In this document: piece after piece, positions 35,183 to 48,118 of the stretch
Position numbering within the stretch: the first letter of the stretch is position 1
How the letters are laid out: each line of letters starts with the position of its first letter
Assembly (NCBI GenBank): GCA_054600435.1
Contig: BAAIJX010000011.1
Location: 310,001 to 374,000 of the forward strand
Direction of reading: 5' to 3'
Source: Neophaeotheca triangularis
Taxonomy: Eukaryota
DNA length: 64,000 bases
The notes under the pieces: model-generated
Database searches by the model: none
Told to the model about the DNA's origin: nothing
The model's input: the letters and a program-made list of their open reading frames with translations, nothing else
Program-made: the position numbers and the translations under genes

Positions 35183-36043
35183 TCAAACAGGATCATCGTC
35201 GTCCGTGTAAGCCGGCAATCCCTCATCATCCTCTTGTCCCGTCTCCCTGTCGACTCTTTCATGCTCCAATCTTACACTCCACAAAGCGCTTCCCACAGCA
35301 CTCGTTAACAAGAAGAACATGCTCAACACCGGTATAAGCTGCAATATCATATACACGGTCCCAAACCACATGTACTCCCACCTCCGCCTTTTCGCCGTGA
35401 CGAAAGCATTCCGCTCCTTCTTAGTGAAACCCTTGAGCGCGAAATACCGCCAATTGATGAGCGGACCCGCGCGGTAACCAGTCAACAGCAGGAAAAGCGG
35501 CACCCCAGCGAAGGGCAAGAAGTTGAGCGGCAGGAGGATGAGAAACTCGAAGATTTGGCGGAATGAGAAAGGCGCGAACTTTGCCCCCTTATCTCTTAGA
35601 CCCAGTCGCTCTACAGGATTTGTCTCGTCAATGTCATCGACAACGTGTCGCCGAGTCTTGACGAGATGCTCGTATCCCTCGGCAACCATCACAGCGTCGA
35701 AGATGTCGACTTGGGTATGGTCGACGAACATGGCTTCGAAGAGAAGCGCGATGAGTAAGTTACCGATTCCCAAGATGAAGAAGGTGCCGTTTACCCATGC
35801 GCTGCCTTGGTAGTGGAAGAGCGCGAGGAAGGCTACGATGGGCAGGTAGGCGGTTAGGAAGAGGAGGACGAGGATGCAGGTCGAGAGGAGGGTCAAGGGG
35901 AGGAGGCGGGACTGGAGGAGCGGGTGCAGGTAGCGGTGGGTGGCGAAGTACCAGATGCCTTTGAGGGGGTATAGGAAGGAGGGTGTGAACTGGGTGCGGA
36001 TGTAGCGGCGAAGGGAGGGATCGGGGGCTGCTGCTGGTGACAT
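35183..36043 (-). CDS. EI24-domain multi-pass membrane protein (Rrt8/Lds-like)
   Basis: YPLKGIWYF, VDHTQVDIFDAV, LPLNFLPFAGVP, RYFALKG and LQLIPVLSMFFLLTSAVGSALW. Confidence 0.8.
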   Translation of the reverse strand: MSPAAAPDPSLRRYIRTQFTPSFLYPLKGIWYFATHRYLHPLLQSRLLPLTLLSTCILVLLFLTAYLPIVAFLALFHYQGSAWVNGTFFILGIGNLLIALLFEAMFVDHTQVDIFDAVMVAEGYEHLVKTRRHVVDDIDETNPVERLGLRDKGAKFAPFSFRQIFEFLILLPLNFLPFAGVPLFLLLTGYRAGPLINWRYFALKGFTKKERNAFVTAKRRRWEYMWFGTVYMILQLIPVLSMFFLLTSAVGSALWSVRLEHERVDRETGQEDDEGLPAYTDDDDPV

Positions 36044-36476
36044 GGTTGTGATTCTGGATGCGGCTGTTGTATGGTCTTAGGTGAGGGTCGGCGTGAATGG
36101 CGGGTGTAATCTACTAGTAGCCAGTGTGCCAGTGGGTGTTGCTGGCATGTCGATTTGACCTCTGTTTGACTGATAAATCAGGTACCTGGGGATGATGTCG
36201 TTGCCTGTTCAGGGACGGGAAGTTGTCACTACCATCAGTCGTCACTTCACACGGCTCAGTCGCTGACTAAGTAATTATTCTCGGCTTAACGTTACCTAAA
36301 CCTCAATCGGACCGCAGGAAACAAGCAACATCCGCCGCCTCTCGCAACAGACCAGCTCTCAATTCCCCAACGACACTCATCGCCGTGCCATACACCCTTC
36401 TACAACGATACACCCCCCTCTCCTCTCGACGCCACACCACCCTCACCCCTTCCGCCCATCTGTTCTCCTGGCAAGG

Positions 36477-38217
36477 ATGTTCAAGCATCTCATACCGCGC
36501 GCGAGCGCCTCGCGACAGTTCCTCCGCCCCGCAAACCTCACCACATCAAACACGACCTTTGCCGCCTCTTCCAGATCCACATCGCTCCTCCAGAACCAAT
36601 TAACACAGCGAAGAAGTTATGCGACACCGACTGGTAAATTGCTCTTTGACTATGCTTTCACGCTACAGTCGACTGACATTCTCCCTCCAACAGAAGAGAA
36701 AGACCTCGTCATCATTGGCGGCGGCGTTGCTGGCTATGTCGCCGCTATCAAGGCTGGACAAGAAGGCTTGAAGGTTAGATATCTTGTCTTTCCCATAAGA
36801 TCAAACACTTTACTGACTACTACGGCTACAGGTAGCATGCATAGAAAAGCGCGGCTCCCTCGGCGGTACCTGTTTGAACGTCGGCTGCATCCCCTCAAAG
36901 TCCCTCCTCAACAACTCCCACCTCTACCACCAGATCATGCACGACACCAAGAACCGGGGTATCGACGTCGGCGATGTCAAGCTCAACCTTGCACAGATGA
37001 TGAAGGCCAAGGACACCTCCGTCTCTGGCTTGACAAAGGGTATTGAGTTCCTCTTCAAGAAGAACAACGTCGAGTACATCAAGGGAACTGGATCTTTCGC
37101 CGACGAGCACACTGTTGCCGTCAACTTGGTCGAGGGCGGCGAGACGAGCGTGCGAGGCAAGAACATCATTGTCGCGACTGGTTCCGAAGCAACCCCCTTC
37201 CCTGGTCTCACCATCGACGAGAAGAAGGTCATCACCTCCACTGGTGCCATTGCTCTGGAGAAGGTTCCCAAAAAGATGGTCGTCATCGGCGGAGGTATTA
37301 TCGGTCTGGAGATGGGCAGTGTCTGGAGCCGTCTGGGTGCTGATGTGACCGTCGTGGAGTTCTTGGGCCAGATCGGTGGACCGGGTATGGACGCCGAGAT
37401 CAGCAAGAACATCCAAAAGACTCTGGGCAAACAGGGCATGAAGTTCAAGCTCGGCACGAAAGTCGTCAAGGGCGACGACAGTGGCGAGGACGTCAAGATT
37501 GAAGTCGAGGCCGCAAAGGGTGGCAAGGCTGAAACCGTACGTTGTTTCCCGCTATCAACTCACCCCGCTCACCATATCCACTAACACTCACCCCCTTAGC
37601 TCGACTGTGACGTCTGCCTCGTCTCCATTGGCCGCCGTCCCTACACCGCTGGCCTAGGCCTCGAGAATATCGGCCTCGAAACCGACAACCGCGGCCGTCT
37701 CGTAATCGACCAAGAATACCGCACACGCCTGCCTCACATTCGTGTCATCGGCGACTGCACCTTCGGGCCCATGCTCGCGCACAAGGCCGAAGAAGAAGCC
37801 GTGGCAGCCATTGAATTCATCACCAAAAACTACGGCCACGTCAACTACAACGCCATCCCCTCCGTCATGTACACGCACCCAGAAGTCGCCTGGGTCGGCC
37901 AAAATGAGGCCGAGCTCAAAGAAGCCGGCGTCAAGTTCAAGAAGGGCACGTTCCCTTTCTCCGCAAACTCTCGCGCCAAGACCAACCTGGACACCGACGG
38001 CATGGTGAAGTTCCTAGCCGATGCCGAGACGGACCGTATCCTGGGCGTGCACATTGTCGGGCCCAATGCCGGTGAGATGATTGCTGAGGCGACGCTGGCG
38101 CTTGAGTATGGAGCTAGCACTGAGGATGTTGGGAGAACGAGCCATGCGCACCCGACGCTGGCCGAGGCTTTCAAGGAGGCCGCTATGGCTACTTATGGCA
38201 AGGCTATTCATTACTAG
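36477..38217 (+). CDS. LPD1: Mitochondrial dihydrolipoamide dehydrogenase (E3); introns 36634-36693, 36774-36831, 37537-37599
   Basis: Mitochondrial presequence, [17 protein letters not shown], redox motif [30 protein letters not shown] and [14 protein letters not shown]. Confidence 0.97.
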
Positions 38218-38691
38218 AGTATGGTGATGTGAGTGGAAGGGCACGGTTAGCGGGGTGGAAATTAGCGGAATTGAAGAGGCGGGCTTCGAGTGTGGCGAGA
38301 GACCAGTGAGGGCGATTTGGATGCGGTGGTGAAGAAACAGTCAGTCTGCTTGACATGCAATGTTTATACCTGAGTGTACCATACCAGCAGGCGCTAGAGT
38401 TGCGGCGGAGCGTTGGGGGACGCCGCTTGCTTGTCGCGTTTGTTTTCAACTTTCATCTCCGAGATTCATACCGTTTCGTTCGTGCTGTCTAAAGCCATGA
38501 TTCTATCTACGTGCTCGTCTGCGATGACACCTGGCAATACTGCCCGCGGGACGCAAACGATCACAGGATTTTCAGCCCCCTTCACAGCGCACGCAGACCG
38601 TCGAAGCTTTCAAACCGTTAATCGACTCCATGTATGGTCCCTGCCAATTTCCACCCCAGTGGTCTCTTTACATGTCGTCAATGATGCCCGC

Positions 38692-40502
38692 TCAAGGCTT
38701 ACACCTACCCATGTAGCGCGGGTAGAAGCACGTGTCCCTGACAGTGTGTTGCTTGCACAGCCAAGCCAAAAATCGCTCGAGACCGAGGCCGTAACCGCCG
38801 TGGGGACTGGTGCCGTATCTACAAGAAAGATAAAAAGTCAGTAAAACAACGCGAAAGGTAGGCAAATACCATGTCAGGGTAGGAAGTTGGTCAAAACTCA
38901 CCTCCTCATATCAGTGTACCAGTAGTAAGGATCTGGGCTGATGCCCTCGCGCTTATACGCGGCCATCAACTCATCGTAGTCGTCCATGCGCATGCTGCCG
39001 CCTACGATTTCGCCCACTCCGGGCATCAGGCAATCGACGCTCTCGGTGACGCGGGGGTCTTGTTTGTCCTTTTGCATGTAAAAGGCCTTGATTTCGACGG
39101 GGAAGTGGGTGAGGAAGATGGGCCGGTTGATGATGTCGGTCATGCGGCGCTCGGCGGCTTCGGCGATGTCGTCGCCGAAAGTGTGCGGTTGGTCGTTTTC
39201 GTTTTTGATGTCGTGTTCGCGCAGCCAGTCGATGGCGTCGGCGTAGCGCATGCGTTTGAAGGGGCGCTCGGGCATTTGGAAGTCGGGGTTGAGGTCTTGG
39301 AGCATTGCCGCGATGCGGGGGTTGGAGAGGACCATGGTGAGGACACCGCAGATAATGTCTTCGAGGTGCGTGAGGAGGTCGTCGAAGTCGATGAAATCGA
39401 GTTCGGCTTCGACGTGGGTGTATTCGGATAAGTGGCGCCGGGTCAGGGATTTTTCTGCGCGGAAGGACTTTTCGATGCAGTAGACGTTGCCGGCAAAGGG
39501 GATGGCGGTTTCGAGATAGAGTTGCGAGGATTGCGTGAGGTAGGCTTTTTCCGCGTAGTAGTCGAGGCTGAAGAGGGTGCCGCCGCCTTCGACTTGGGTC
39601 TGCACGAGTGCTGGGGGCGAGACTTTGACGTAGCCGAGTTCATGGTATTTGCAGTTGAAAGCGTGCTCAACTGCGTCACGGACAAACATGACGGCTGCGC
39701 GCTTCTCGCCACGGAGGGCTAGATGGCGCTGGTCGAGGAGGTCTTGGGCGTCACCCTTTTCTTGGACGCGGTTGGTGATGGCATCGTCACCGCCGGGGGC
39801 TTTGCCGATGATCTCGAAGTAGTCGGCGTGCAGCTCGCGGTTGTCGGGTGCGTGGGCGCCAGGAGGAACTTCCCACATCTCGCCAGTGATCATCATGCTC
39901 GTCTCGCGGGTGAGGGTGACGGCATCGTAGGTCTTGGCCAGAGGACCTGTGAGCACACACTGCATGTACCCATGTCCGTCGCGGAGAGTGACGAAAGCGA
40001 CTTCCTTCTGTTTCCTTTCGCGGTGGACACGTCCAAAGACCCGCACACGGGTTCCTCTGCTTGGGTCGGAGTAGTCGACATCCTTACTCCTCTCGCCGCT
40101 ACCGAGCTTGACAATCTCTGGTCGCTTCTCGCCTAGAGTGATCTTTTGGGCCTTGGGAAGACTGGTGTCCTCTGTGATGACGATCTTACGGCTCTCATCC
40201 AGTGTCTTTTGGCGTTCCTCCTCCTCCTTCTTCTGCCGCAGCGCAACCTCCTGTTCCTTGCCGGCCTTTTTCTTTTGCGCCTGGGCGTAGTTGACGGCCT
40301 TTTTCAGAGCGGCCTTGGCAGCAGGCTTCCAGCTTGCTTGTTCCTCATCGCCTTCAGCCTTCCAAATTAGGTAGTTGGCCGTGTCTGTGTGTTGAAGGTA
40401 GGCATGTTGCACCGTCTTATATGGGCTTTGCTGAGAACCGTCTGCCTCTGCCGTGTCCTGGCCAGTCTCCTCGTTAATGTGGATATCCTTGTCCGCGGCC
40501 AT
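38692..40502 (-). CDS. DED81: Cytosolic asparaginyl-tRNA synthetase; intron 38819-38901
   Basis: [52 protein letters not shown] and [17 protein letters not shown]. Confidence 0.96.
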
Positions 40503-41053
40503 AATCGCTAGGGGTTGTTGGTAGCTGTGTCTTTAACCCTCGTCTACCGCGAATATGTCTTTATCCACGTCTGGTGGTCGCTCAATGGCTCAAATCTGTT
40601 GTTTCGGTGATTCACCTTCCCCTCTGTAGACTTTGGTGGGGCGTCGTCTAAATTGTCTCACCGCATTGAAATCTTGGCGGCCACGAAGTGGGAGACCCGC
40701 ATTCGCTTTGGGCAATGTCGGGGAGACGGCAATCGGGAGTTTCTTCCGGCCGACTTCACCTCCCGTTCTGTTTACGCATGTGCCTTAGGCTGTCATATGC
40801 TGAAGCTCTCACACAGTAGCTCTCTCACAGCTGGCGTCTGACTTGGAGCTCTCCGACGACTTGCTTGCTTCCTTGCGTGGAAGAACAAGCATATCACCTT
40901 ACCGGCAACTGCCAAAGGGATTATTGCTATTTCTGCCTCTGACAGAGCCCCGGCAAACCCTCAGCAAACATTCGCAGCGATCCCATGCTTTCTCACGCCT
41001 TTACCCGATGATCATAGGGCATAGCAAGTGTCGGGTACTTGCACGCGACAGCA

Positions 41054-44000
41054 ATGGACATCAACATTGCAAAGGCGCTGCAGGACAAGCTATATGATAA
41101 ACGCAAAGCAGGAGCATTGGAGTAAGTTATATACCATTACACTTTCGGCCTGACTGTCTATAGGCAAAAGCAATGCCCACCAACAACGCTTTTCGGCGAC
41201 CGCTTAGCTGCCCTGCGCTAGTTCGTCGGTTGAGAGAGAAGAAAAGGATACATGATGCCCGGCGTTACAGAGCAAAGCTGATCCCCATGGCTGACAGACT
41301 CGAGTCGTCGATTCGCGTAGCCCTATCCGAAGGCAACCACCAAAAGATTGCAAAGACCGTCAACCAGCTCTGCCAGGACTTTGCCTATGCAGTCCACCAG
41401 CCCCACGCTCGCAACGGAGGTCTTATAGGCCTGGCAGCGGCGGCCATAGCCCTTGGACCAGTAAGACAGCTCTGCTCGTCTAGACAATGTCGTTCGAAAG
41501 GATGCTGACACGCTCAGGAAGTTGCCCGTTACCTACCGGAGATAGTACCGCCGGTCCTAGCCTGCTTCTCCGATCAAGATGCCCGTGTCCGATACTATGC
41601 ATGCGAAAGCATGTACAACATGGCCAAGGTTGCCAAAGGCGAGATCCTGCTTTATTTCAACAACGTCTTCGACGCTCTCTGCAAGCTGGCGGCGGATACC
41701 GAACTGTCCGTGAAGAATGGCGCGGAGCTTTTGGATCGCTTGGTGAAAGACATTGTGAGCGAGAGCGCGGCTACCTATGCGAGCATTCTGCTGCCAGAGC
41801 CGGAGAATGCGGCGTCGGACGAGCACAGTCCTCACGAGAGCGTCGAGGCTACTACAGCTTTCTCCCTACCGCGATTCATCCCACTGTTGCAAGAGCGGAT
41901 CAATGTTTTGAACCCCTTTACAAGAACATTTTTAGTCTCCTGGATAACCCTGCTGGACTCGATTCCCGATCTTGAGCTCGTTGCATACCTGCCGAGCTTT
42001 TTCGGTGGATTACTCAAGTTCTTGAGCGACCCCAACCAGGATGTCCACACGACTACAAAGGTTGCTTTGGACCGCTTCTTGGTCGAGATCAAGAAGATTG
42101 CAGCTGTCAAGAAGGGTATTGCCGAAAGCAAGAAGAGCAAGGAAGGAGCAGCGCGGACGGGCAGCACGTCGAGCAAAGCCGTCGTGGTCGACAGTCCTCG
42201 GGGAGATCAGACTGAGATAGTGGCACCGGAGCCAGAAGTACCGCAAGCAGCTGAGAGCGAGGAAACTTTAGAGCAAGAGAATGACGAGGGTGAATTAGGG
42301 GACGACGGTTCTTCGATCACTGCTGGCGACGAGGATAAAGACGTTGACAGCATGGAGGACGAATGGATTCCCGGGCAAGACGTGCAAATTGATTACCGAA
42401 GCCTGTTGGACATACTCGTCACCTTTTTGTCGAATTCCAGGGAAGAGGAGATTCAAATCACGACCTTGAAGTGGATTGAGAGCTTCTTCGACATTTGTCC
42501 AGAGGCCATTTTATCCTTCACTCCTAGGCTTCTCGCTCAGGTGCTTCCGGCGCTCAGTCATGATGTGGATCACGTCAAACAAGCCGCAAGCAGGGTGAAT
42601 CAGGCGCTCACTGCTTACATTGTCTCGCTTCCTGAGGAGCCCTCTAGAGCTAGCAGCCCGCTCGACGAGCGGCAACAATCCTCCAACACGGCTCCCTCGT
42701 CGAGTGCTGCCGGCGTACGAGACGTCCGTAACACAAATGGTCTTGAGCGTAGGGAGTCTGCTCAAACGACGAGAACTGCTCGCAAGCCAATGAGCCCCGA
42801 GCCTGTCGAACAAGCCCCGCGAACGCCCGAGATCAGAACGCCCGAGCCTCCAGCAACTGAAGATGAAAGACCAAAGCCTCATGGCGATCTTGATTATGAA
42901 GCTGCTGTTTCCGCCTTGACCTTGCAGTTCCTTCACGAACATGAAGCAACTCGTGTAGCAGCGATAGCATGGTTGATAATGCTACACCGCAAGTCACCCC
43001 GCAAGATACTCGCAACACACGACGGCACTTTCCCTGCGTTGTTGAAGACACTGAGCGACCCTGCTGAATCGGTGGTAACACGCGACCTTCTGCTCCTCAG
43101 TCAGATCAGCAAGAACAGCGACGATGGCTACTTCTCCTCCTTCATGATCAACCTCCTACAGTTGTTCTGCACAGATCGTCGCCTACTTGAGACTCGTGGC
43201 AATCTTATTATCCGTCAACTGTGCATGTCACTGCCCGCCGAACGCATCTACCGCACCATGGCTGATTGCCTCGAAGGCGACGAAGATATCGAGTTTGCCT
43301 CAATCATGGTGCAAAATCTGAACAACAACCTCATAACCGCCCCCGAGCTACAAGACCTCCGCAAGCGCCTACGGAACCTCGACTCCCGCGACGGCCAAAC
43401 CTTCTTCACTGTCCTCTTCCGCGCCTGGTGCGTCAATGCTGTTGCCACCTTCTCGCTCTGTCTCCTCGCCCAAGCCTACGAACAAGCCTACAATCTTCTT
43501 CAAATCTTCGCCGAGCTCGAAATGACTGTCAACATGCTCATCCAAATCGACAAGCTCGTGCAATTGCTCGAGAGCCCGGTTTTCACCTATCTGCGCATGC
43601 AGTTGCTCGAGCCCGAACGCTACCCCCACCTCTACAAATGTCTTTATGGCTTGCTCATGCTGCTGCCGCAATCTTCTGCCTTTGCCGCTCTCAAGAACCG
43701 TCTCAACTCGGTATCTGCGATTGGATATCTGCACATTCCAACGCGCGGGCCGAGCGGTCCAACCACGCCTTCGACGGTCTCCACTTTTGAGCGCCAGAAC
43801 AGGCTCAAGTCCCGCGATGATAGCACGATAAAGTGGACAGAGTTGCTGGAGAAGTTCAAGGCAACGCAAGAGCGGGTGAGGAGGGTACAGCAGCGGAATC
43901 TCGGCGCGCAGCATGGTCTGCATGCTTCGGAGTCGCAGCAGCGCGACTCAGGGCCTGTGGAATCTTCAGGGCTTGTGGGCAGGGAGATGGGGAAGGGTGT

Positions 44001-44205
44001 GAAGTTACCTGAGCGGCCCGGTGGGGCTGCAGCTGGCGGTTCGGGGTCGAGGAGCGAGAGTGCGCAGGGGTTTGGGAGAGTGGGAGGTGTGGTGGGACAA
44101 GTCGGGCAGGGGATCGTGCAGGGGCACCAGAAGGGGAAGAGTAGCCTGAGCCATCTGGGGAGGTTTGCCGGTGGGGTTAGAGGAAATGGTAAGGCTAAGA
44201 AGTGA
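41054..44205 (+). CDS. VAC14: Vac14 PI(3,5)P2 scaffold (HEAT repeats); introns 41122-41297, 41461-41517
   Basis: LQDKLYDKRKAGALE|LE, ARNGGLIGLAA, DARVRYYACESMYN, SVKNGAELLDRLVKDIV, QIDKLVQLLESPVFTYLRMQLLEP and LPQSSAFAALKNRL. Confidence 0.96.
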
Positions 44206-44519
44206 GGAAGCTTTGGGGGTTTTTTCATACGTAGCGTTGGCGTTGTTGGCGTTGCATTTATGAGCCTCGAAGAAGTTTCTTTGCTTTTTGGTACAAAGGG
44301 TACGAATGCGTTAGAGCTGCTATGTAGGTGCGCTCTGTAGACTTACTGCCCAAGCCTCATTCCATGGCCCTTCTTCATGTCTAGATCGTGGACAAAGTGA
44401 AGTGAGGCTAGTAAGTAAATTCACCCCAGCTCCAATCCTACCGCAAGATCGCCGCGCTAACATAACCGTCTCATCAGAACCTTTCATTCCAGTCCATCGC
44501 AAAGCCAACATCCAGTCTT

Positions 44520-45312
44520 TCAAGCCCCTTCCTCCATCCCGTCCCCATTAAAAGTCTCCTCAATAACCTCCTGCACCCACTCTCCAATCCGCTCATTCCG
44601 CTCAACCTCCCACCAACCCAGCTCAGCAACTCTCCCTCCGGCCAGGCTCCCTTGCAAAACTCCTCCAACCGGCTCCCCCTCCCCGCCCTTTCCACCCTTC
44701 CCTTTCCCACGCTTCTCCAGAGCTTTCAAGACCCTCGCCTGCTCCCCAATCGCCGCGACCAATCCCTCCAACCGCCAAACCTCCGCCTCGCACTCCCGCA
44801 CGCGCTCCTTGAGCTTCAACCTCTGCTTCCCGGCGACCTCACGACCTTCCGCGGCCGCGGCTTCGCAGCCTGCAGGAGCGGTGGCGGCGGGTTTGGCTTT
44901 CCCAAGAGTGGAGAAGATGAGCTTGATGCCGTGTTTTTTGGGCGCCGGGGGCGGGGAAGTTGGTGCTTCGTTCGGCCGGCGCGGTGGCGTGACGAGGAGT
45001 CGGAGGCGTTTTGATGGGGCTGGGGTAGAGGAGGGGGGTCGGATTTTGCGCTTGGTGGTAGGCTCCCGGCGGTCTGGATGGGAGCGCATAGGTGGCTGTG
45101 GTGGTTGTGAGGGGGGGGCGGACGAGAAGTTTGAGTTTCCTTTTCGGGGGCGGGGTGGTTTGCTGGGTGAGTGGGCTTGGCTGGGAGGGTGGGGAGACGG
45201 TGAGTTTAAGGCGTTTAATTGGGCGTGTTAGAGGTTCGTCTCGTAGTGTAGTGCTGAGAGGTGTGACGATGCGTGTGCCGCTTGGGTATGTGGTCGAGTG
45301 TTTGCCTGGCAT
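44520..45312 (-). CDS. Orphan Pro/Lys-rich protein with repeated KxKL-type motifs and coiled coil, split by a 1-nt frameshift in a C8 run (45111-45118)
   Basis: Removing one C fuses ORF 44839-45312 with ORF 44520-45089 and restores repeat symmetry (KRLKLTVSPPSQP / KLKLLVRPPSQP). Confidence 0.55.
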
Positions 45313-46234
45313 TGTGGTGGTGTTATGTGGATAAGGGTGTGTGTAAGTGTTATGTTAGGTCGCTGCTCGTTAATAGAGGTGCGATAAGATTACATGATGT
45401 AGTAGGTAGGTGTTCTCAGATGTTCTTAGTTAGAAGGATTAGGATCAGAAACGAAGGCTAGTGATGTTATGTAAGTTGCTACTATAGGTTTCTATTGTCA
45501 GGTTTACAATTGTTAAAGTGAAGGGACAAACTTGCTAAGACCTAGCTCGTAATCACTTCACTTCACTTTAATTCGAGAATGCTTGAAGGCTCTCAGTCAG
45601 GCTATGTCTTTTGGTTATGATTCAGGACAAAAGTGTTATCAGTCGCCGCGAGTCTCGTCCACCGGGCTCGTAGGAGTCTATCGTTAACGATCCCAGAACC
45701 ACTTCCTTCTAGAACGAGGTAAAAATTGCTCTCGAGACGTCGGGGTACCATTGTGCTCCGACAATAATCTTTGTTAGCAGGACGCGCAAACCAGGTGGAG
45801 TAGCCGTGATTAGCCTTGGACAGTGGTAAGAGGACTACTACCTGACGTCTCTGGCCGGAATCTGCACACACAGGGGTATCAGCTATGCATGCCCCAAGCA
45901 AGCCACTAGCCTCTTAGGACACGAGCGTAACTACTAGTGTAGAGTGTTCGAATCGCACGTCACACGCCAGGAGGCTCTAGGGTCATCAGTAGTAGCACTT
46001 GTGCCCTAGTCGCTCTAGGGTATCTTCGTGCAGACGAAGCGGATGCTCCTGCGTGTTCCCTGTAAGAACATGTGAAGATCCGGCCCTACACACGCGGTAT
46101 AGGTTTTCTTAAGCCCGCTCGTAGCAATGAGTGCTTGCGCATATATATACTCTCTATCGGTGTATCTGCGAGTCTTATGTGTACGGGTGTAACAACGCTA
46201 AAACGCAGCAAAAAAAGAAAAACATCTGTCACGC

Positions 46235-48118
46235 TCAAGAGCCCCTTACATCCACGTTGGCCTCGAGGCACTTGTCGAAGGAAGACCCCGGAGTGGGATC
46301 TTCCGATGTACTCTCCTCCCGCCGTTCGCTATGCGCGAGTCTCGCTGTCGCAGCGCTCGCGTCCCCAAGCCGTCCTGTGTCAAAGACCACCGAAACCTCC
46401 TCAATGGTAAGTCTTCTAGTCTCGGGAAAAAAAAAGTAGATCAATACCAAGTACACGCACAGCAATGCAACGTAAACGATGTAATACCGCCACTCGAGCG
46501 CAGCAAGGGCAACAGGGTTCACCCATTGATTGAATGCCTGCGCCACCGATTGCACAGAGAGTAGGATACTTAGTCCCTTGAGGCGCATATGGAAAGGCAT
46601 GATCTCCGCACCGTAGGAGAAGGGCAGTGGCGTCCAGCCAATGTCGTAGAAGCCGTAGAAGATGTATAGAAAGGGAATCGTGGCGAGCCCTACAGCATGA
46701 TCGTTGGTGTTGGCGAAACTGCCCGAAAGGCCGGTTATCACTATATAGGAGAGAAGCATGCCAGCTGTAGATGCTAGCCAGAGGCCACGGCGCCCGAAGC
46801 GTTCGACGCTGAAGGCACCGAAGTAGGAAAGGAAGAGGTTCCAGAATGCTAGGCCGCCGTTGATGAGAGCTGAAAGGATGCAATTAGCTACGTAATACAG
46901 GGGTGAGGGGCCTGGGCTGTCTTACATATCTGCGAATAATTGGTGAGGCCGACTTGCTGGAGGACAGGCGTCAGGTAGTAAGAGATGATGCCATTTCCGA
47001 CCCAATTCTACGACACAATCAGTCTCAATGTCGGTCTGTTAGAGTGCTTTGGCAATCTTACCGTTCCGGTAGCCATTGTAATGAGAACCAGCAGTCGTCT
47101 TCTATTCCCTGGTGTGGCTACAAAGTCGCGATAACTCATGTTTCTACTCTCCGTTTCAAGCTTGATGGCACGACGAATCTCGTGATACTCGTACTTTACA
47201 AGTTCGTCGTCAAGGTCGCCGTTGGCGTGGTACTTCGCGAGAATCTTCATCGCCTTCTGCTCCCTTCCCTGAGCGATCAACCACTACTTCACGGTCAGTG
47301 TCTGGAATAGTAACAGCGGCGGTCGAAGGTCTATCTTACACGAGGGCTTTCTGGAATGAAGGGAAGGCAAGCCAGCACCACGGCGGGCGCCATGACTTGG
47401 AATAAGCATGGCGCTCGCCACGCCCACATGTTGTCTTGAGCCCAATGCAACGTTCCATAGCAGAACCAGGCGGCAGCGATAGCACCGAAATAGTAATTGC
47501 AGTAGAAACTCGATGCCAAAACCGGCCTCAATCTAGGATGTGCGATCTCTTGTAGCAGAGCGACAGCGGTGTTCTTCCCAAAGGGACCCGCGGCACCAAT
47601 GATTACTCTACCAGCAATGAACATCGGGCGACCGTTGGCAAAGGCGTTAACAATGGCCCCGAGAATAAGAATGCAGGACCCTATAGCAAGGGTGGTCTTG
47701 CGACCCCATATTGTATTACACCAGGAAACCAAGAACGGCGTCACAATCGCCGGGAGAAACAGGCTGGCCGAGATCAGACCCAGGTCGCTTGATGTTGGAT
47801 CATCAAAGTAGTCAATCCACTGAGGCTGCGCCTGTAGTCCATTTAGTATACTCGCGTCAAACCCTACAGCAATTGATGGTCAGCTAAGCGGCTCACTTCG
47901 GCTGAGCAAGAAGACCTACCCAGATAGAAAACGCAAAAGTAGAGGCTTAAACAGTGAACTACGTTGAGTCTGAGTCCACGGTCTTTCCACCAACAATCAT
48001 TGGTGTTATCTGTGACCACGGGTCAGAATAGTTGCCAGTGGGTCGCTAAGGCGCCCTAGGAGCACGTAGGAGGTGGTAACGTTAACGTACTAGGAATATT
48101 CACAAAAACACCGACCAT
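46235..48118 (-). CDS. MFS sugar porter, lactose/cellodextrin permease (Lac12/CDT-like) clade; introns 48010-48090, 47864-47919, 47284-47339, 47008-47061, 46870-46925
   Basis: WWKDRGLRLN, G|FDASILNGLQ, QEIAHPRLR, IPESPR|WLI, KYHANGD, NRRRL, N|WVGNGIISYYL, YGAEIMPFHMRLKG and FPETRRLTIEE. Confidence 0.92.

Noticed and set aside
45935..45970. GTTCGAATC ...CCA, resembling a tRNA T-arm and 3' end
   Set aside because: The T-stem is mismatched, and no acceptor stem, D-arm or A-box is identifiable.
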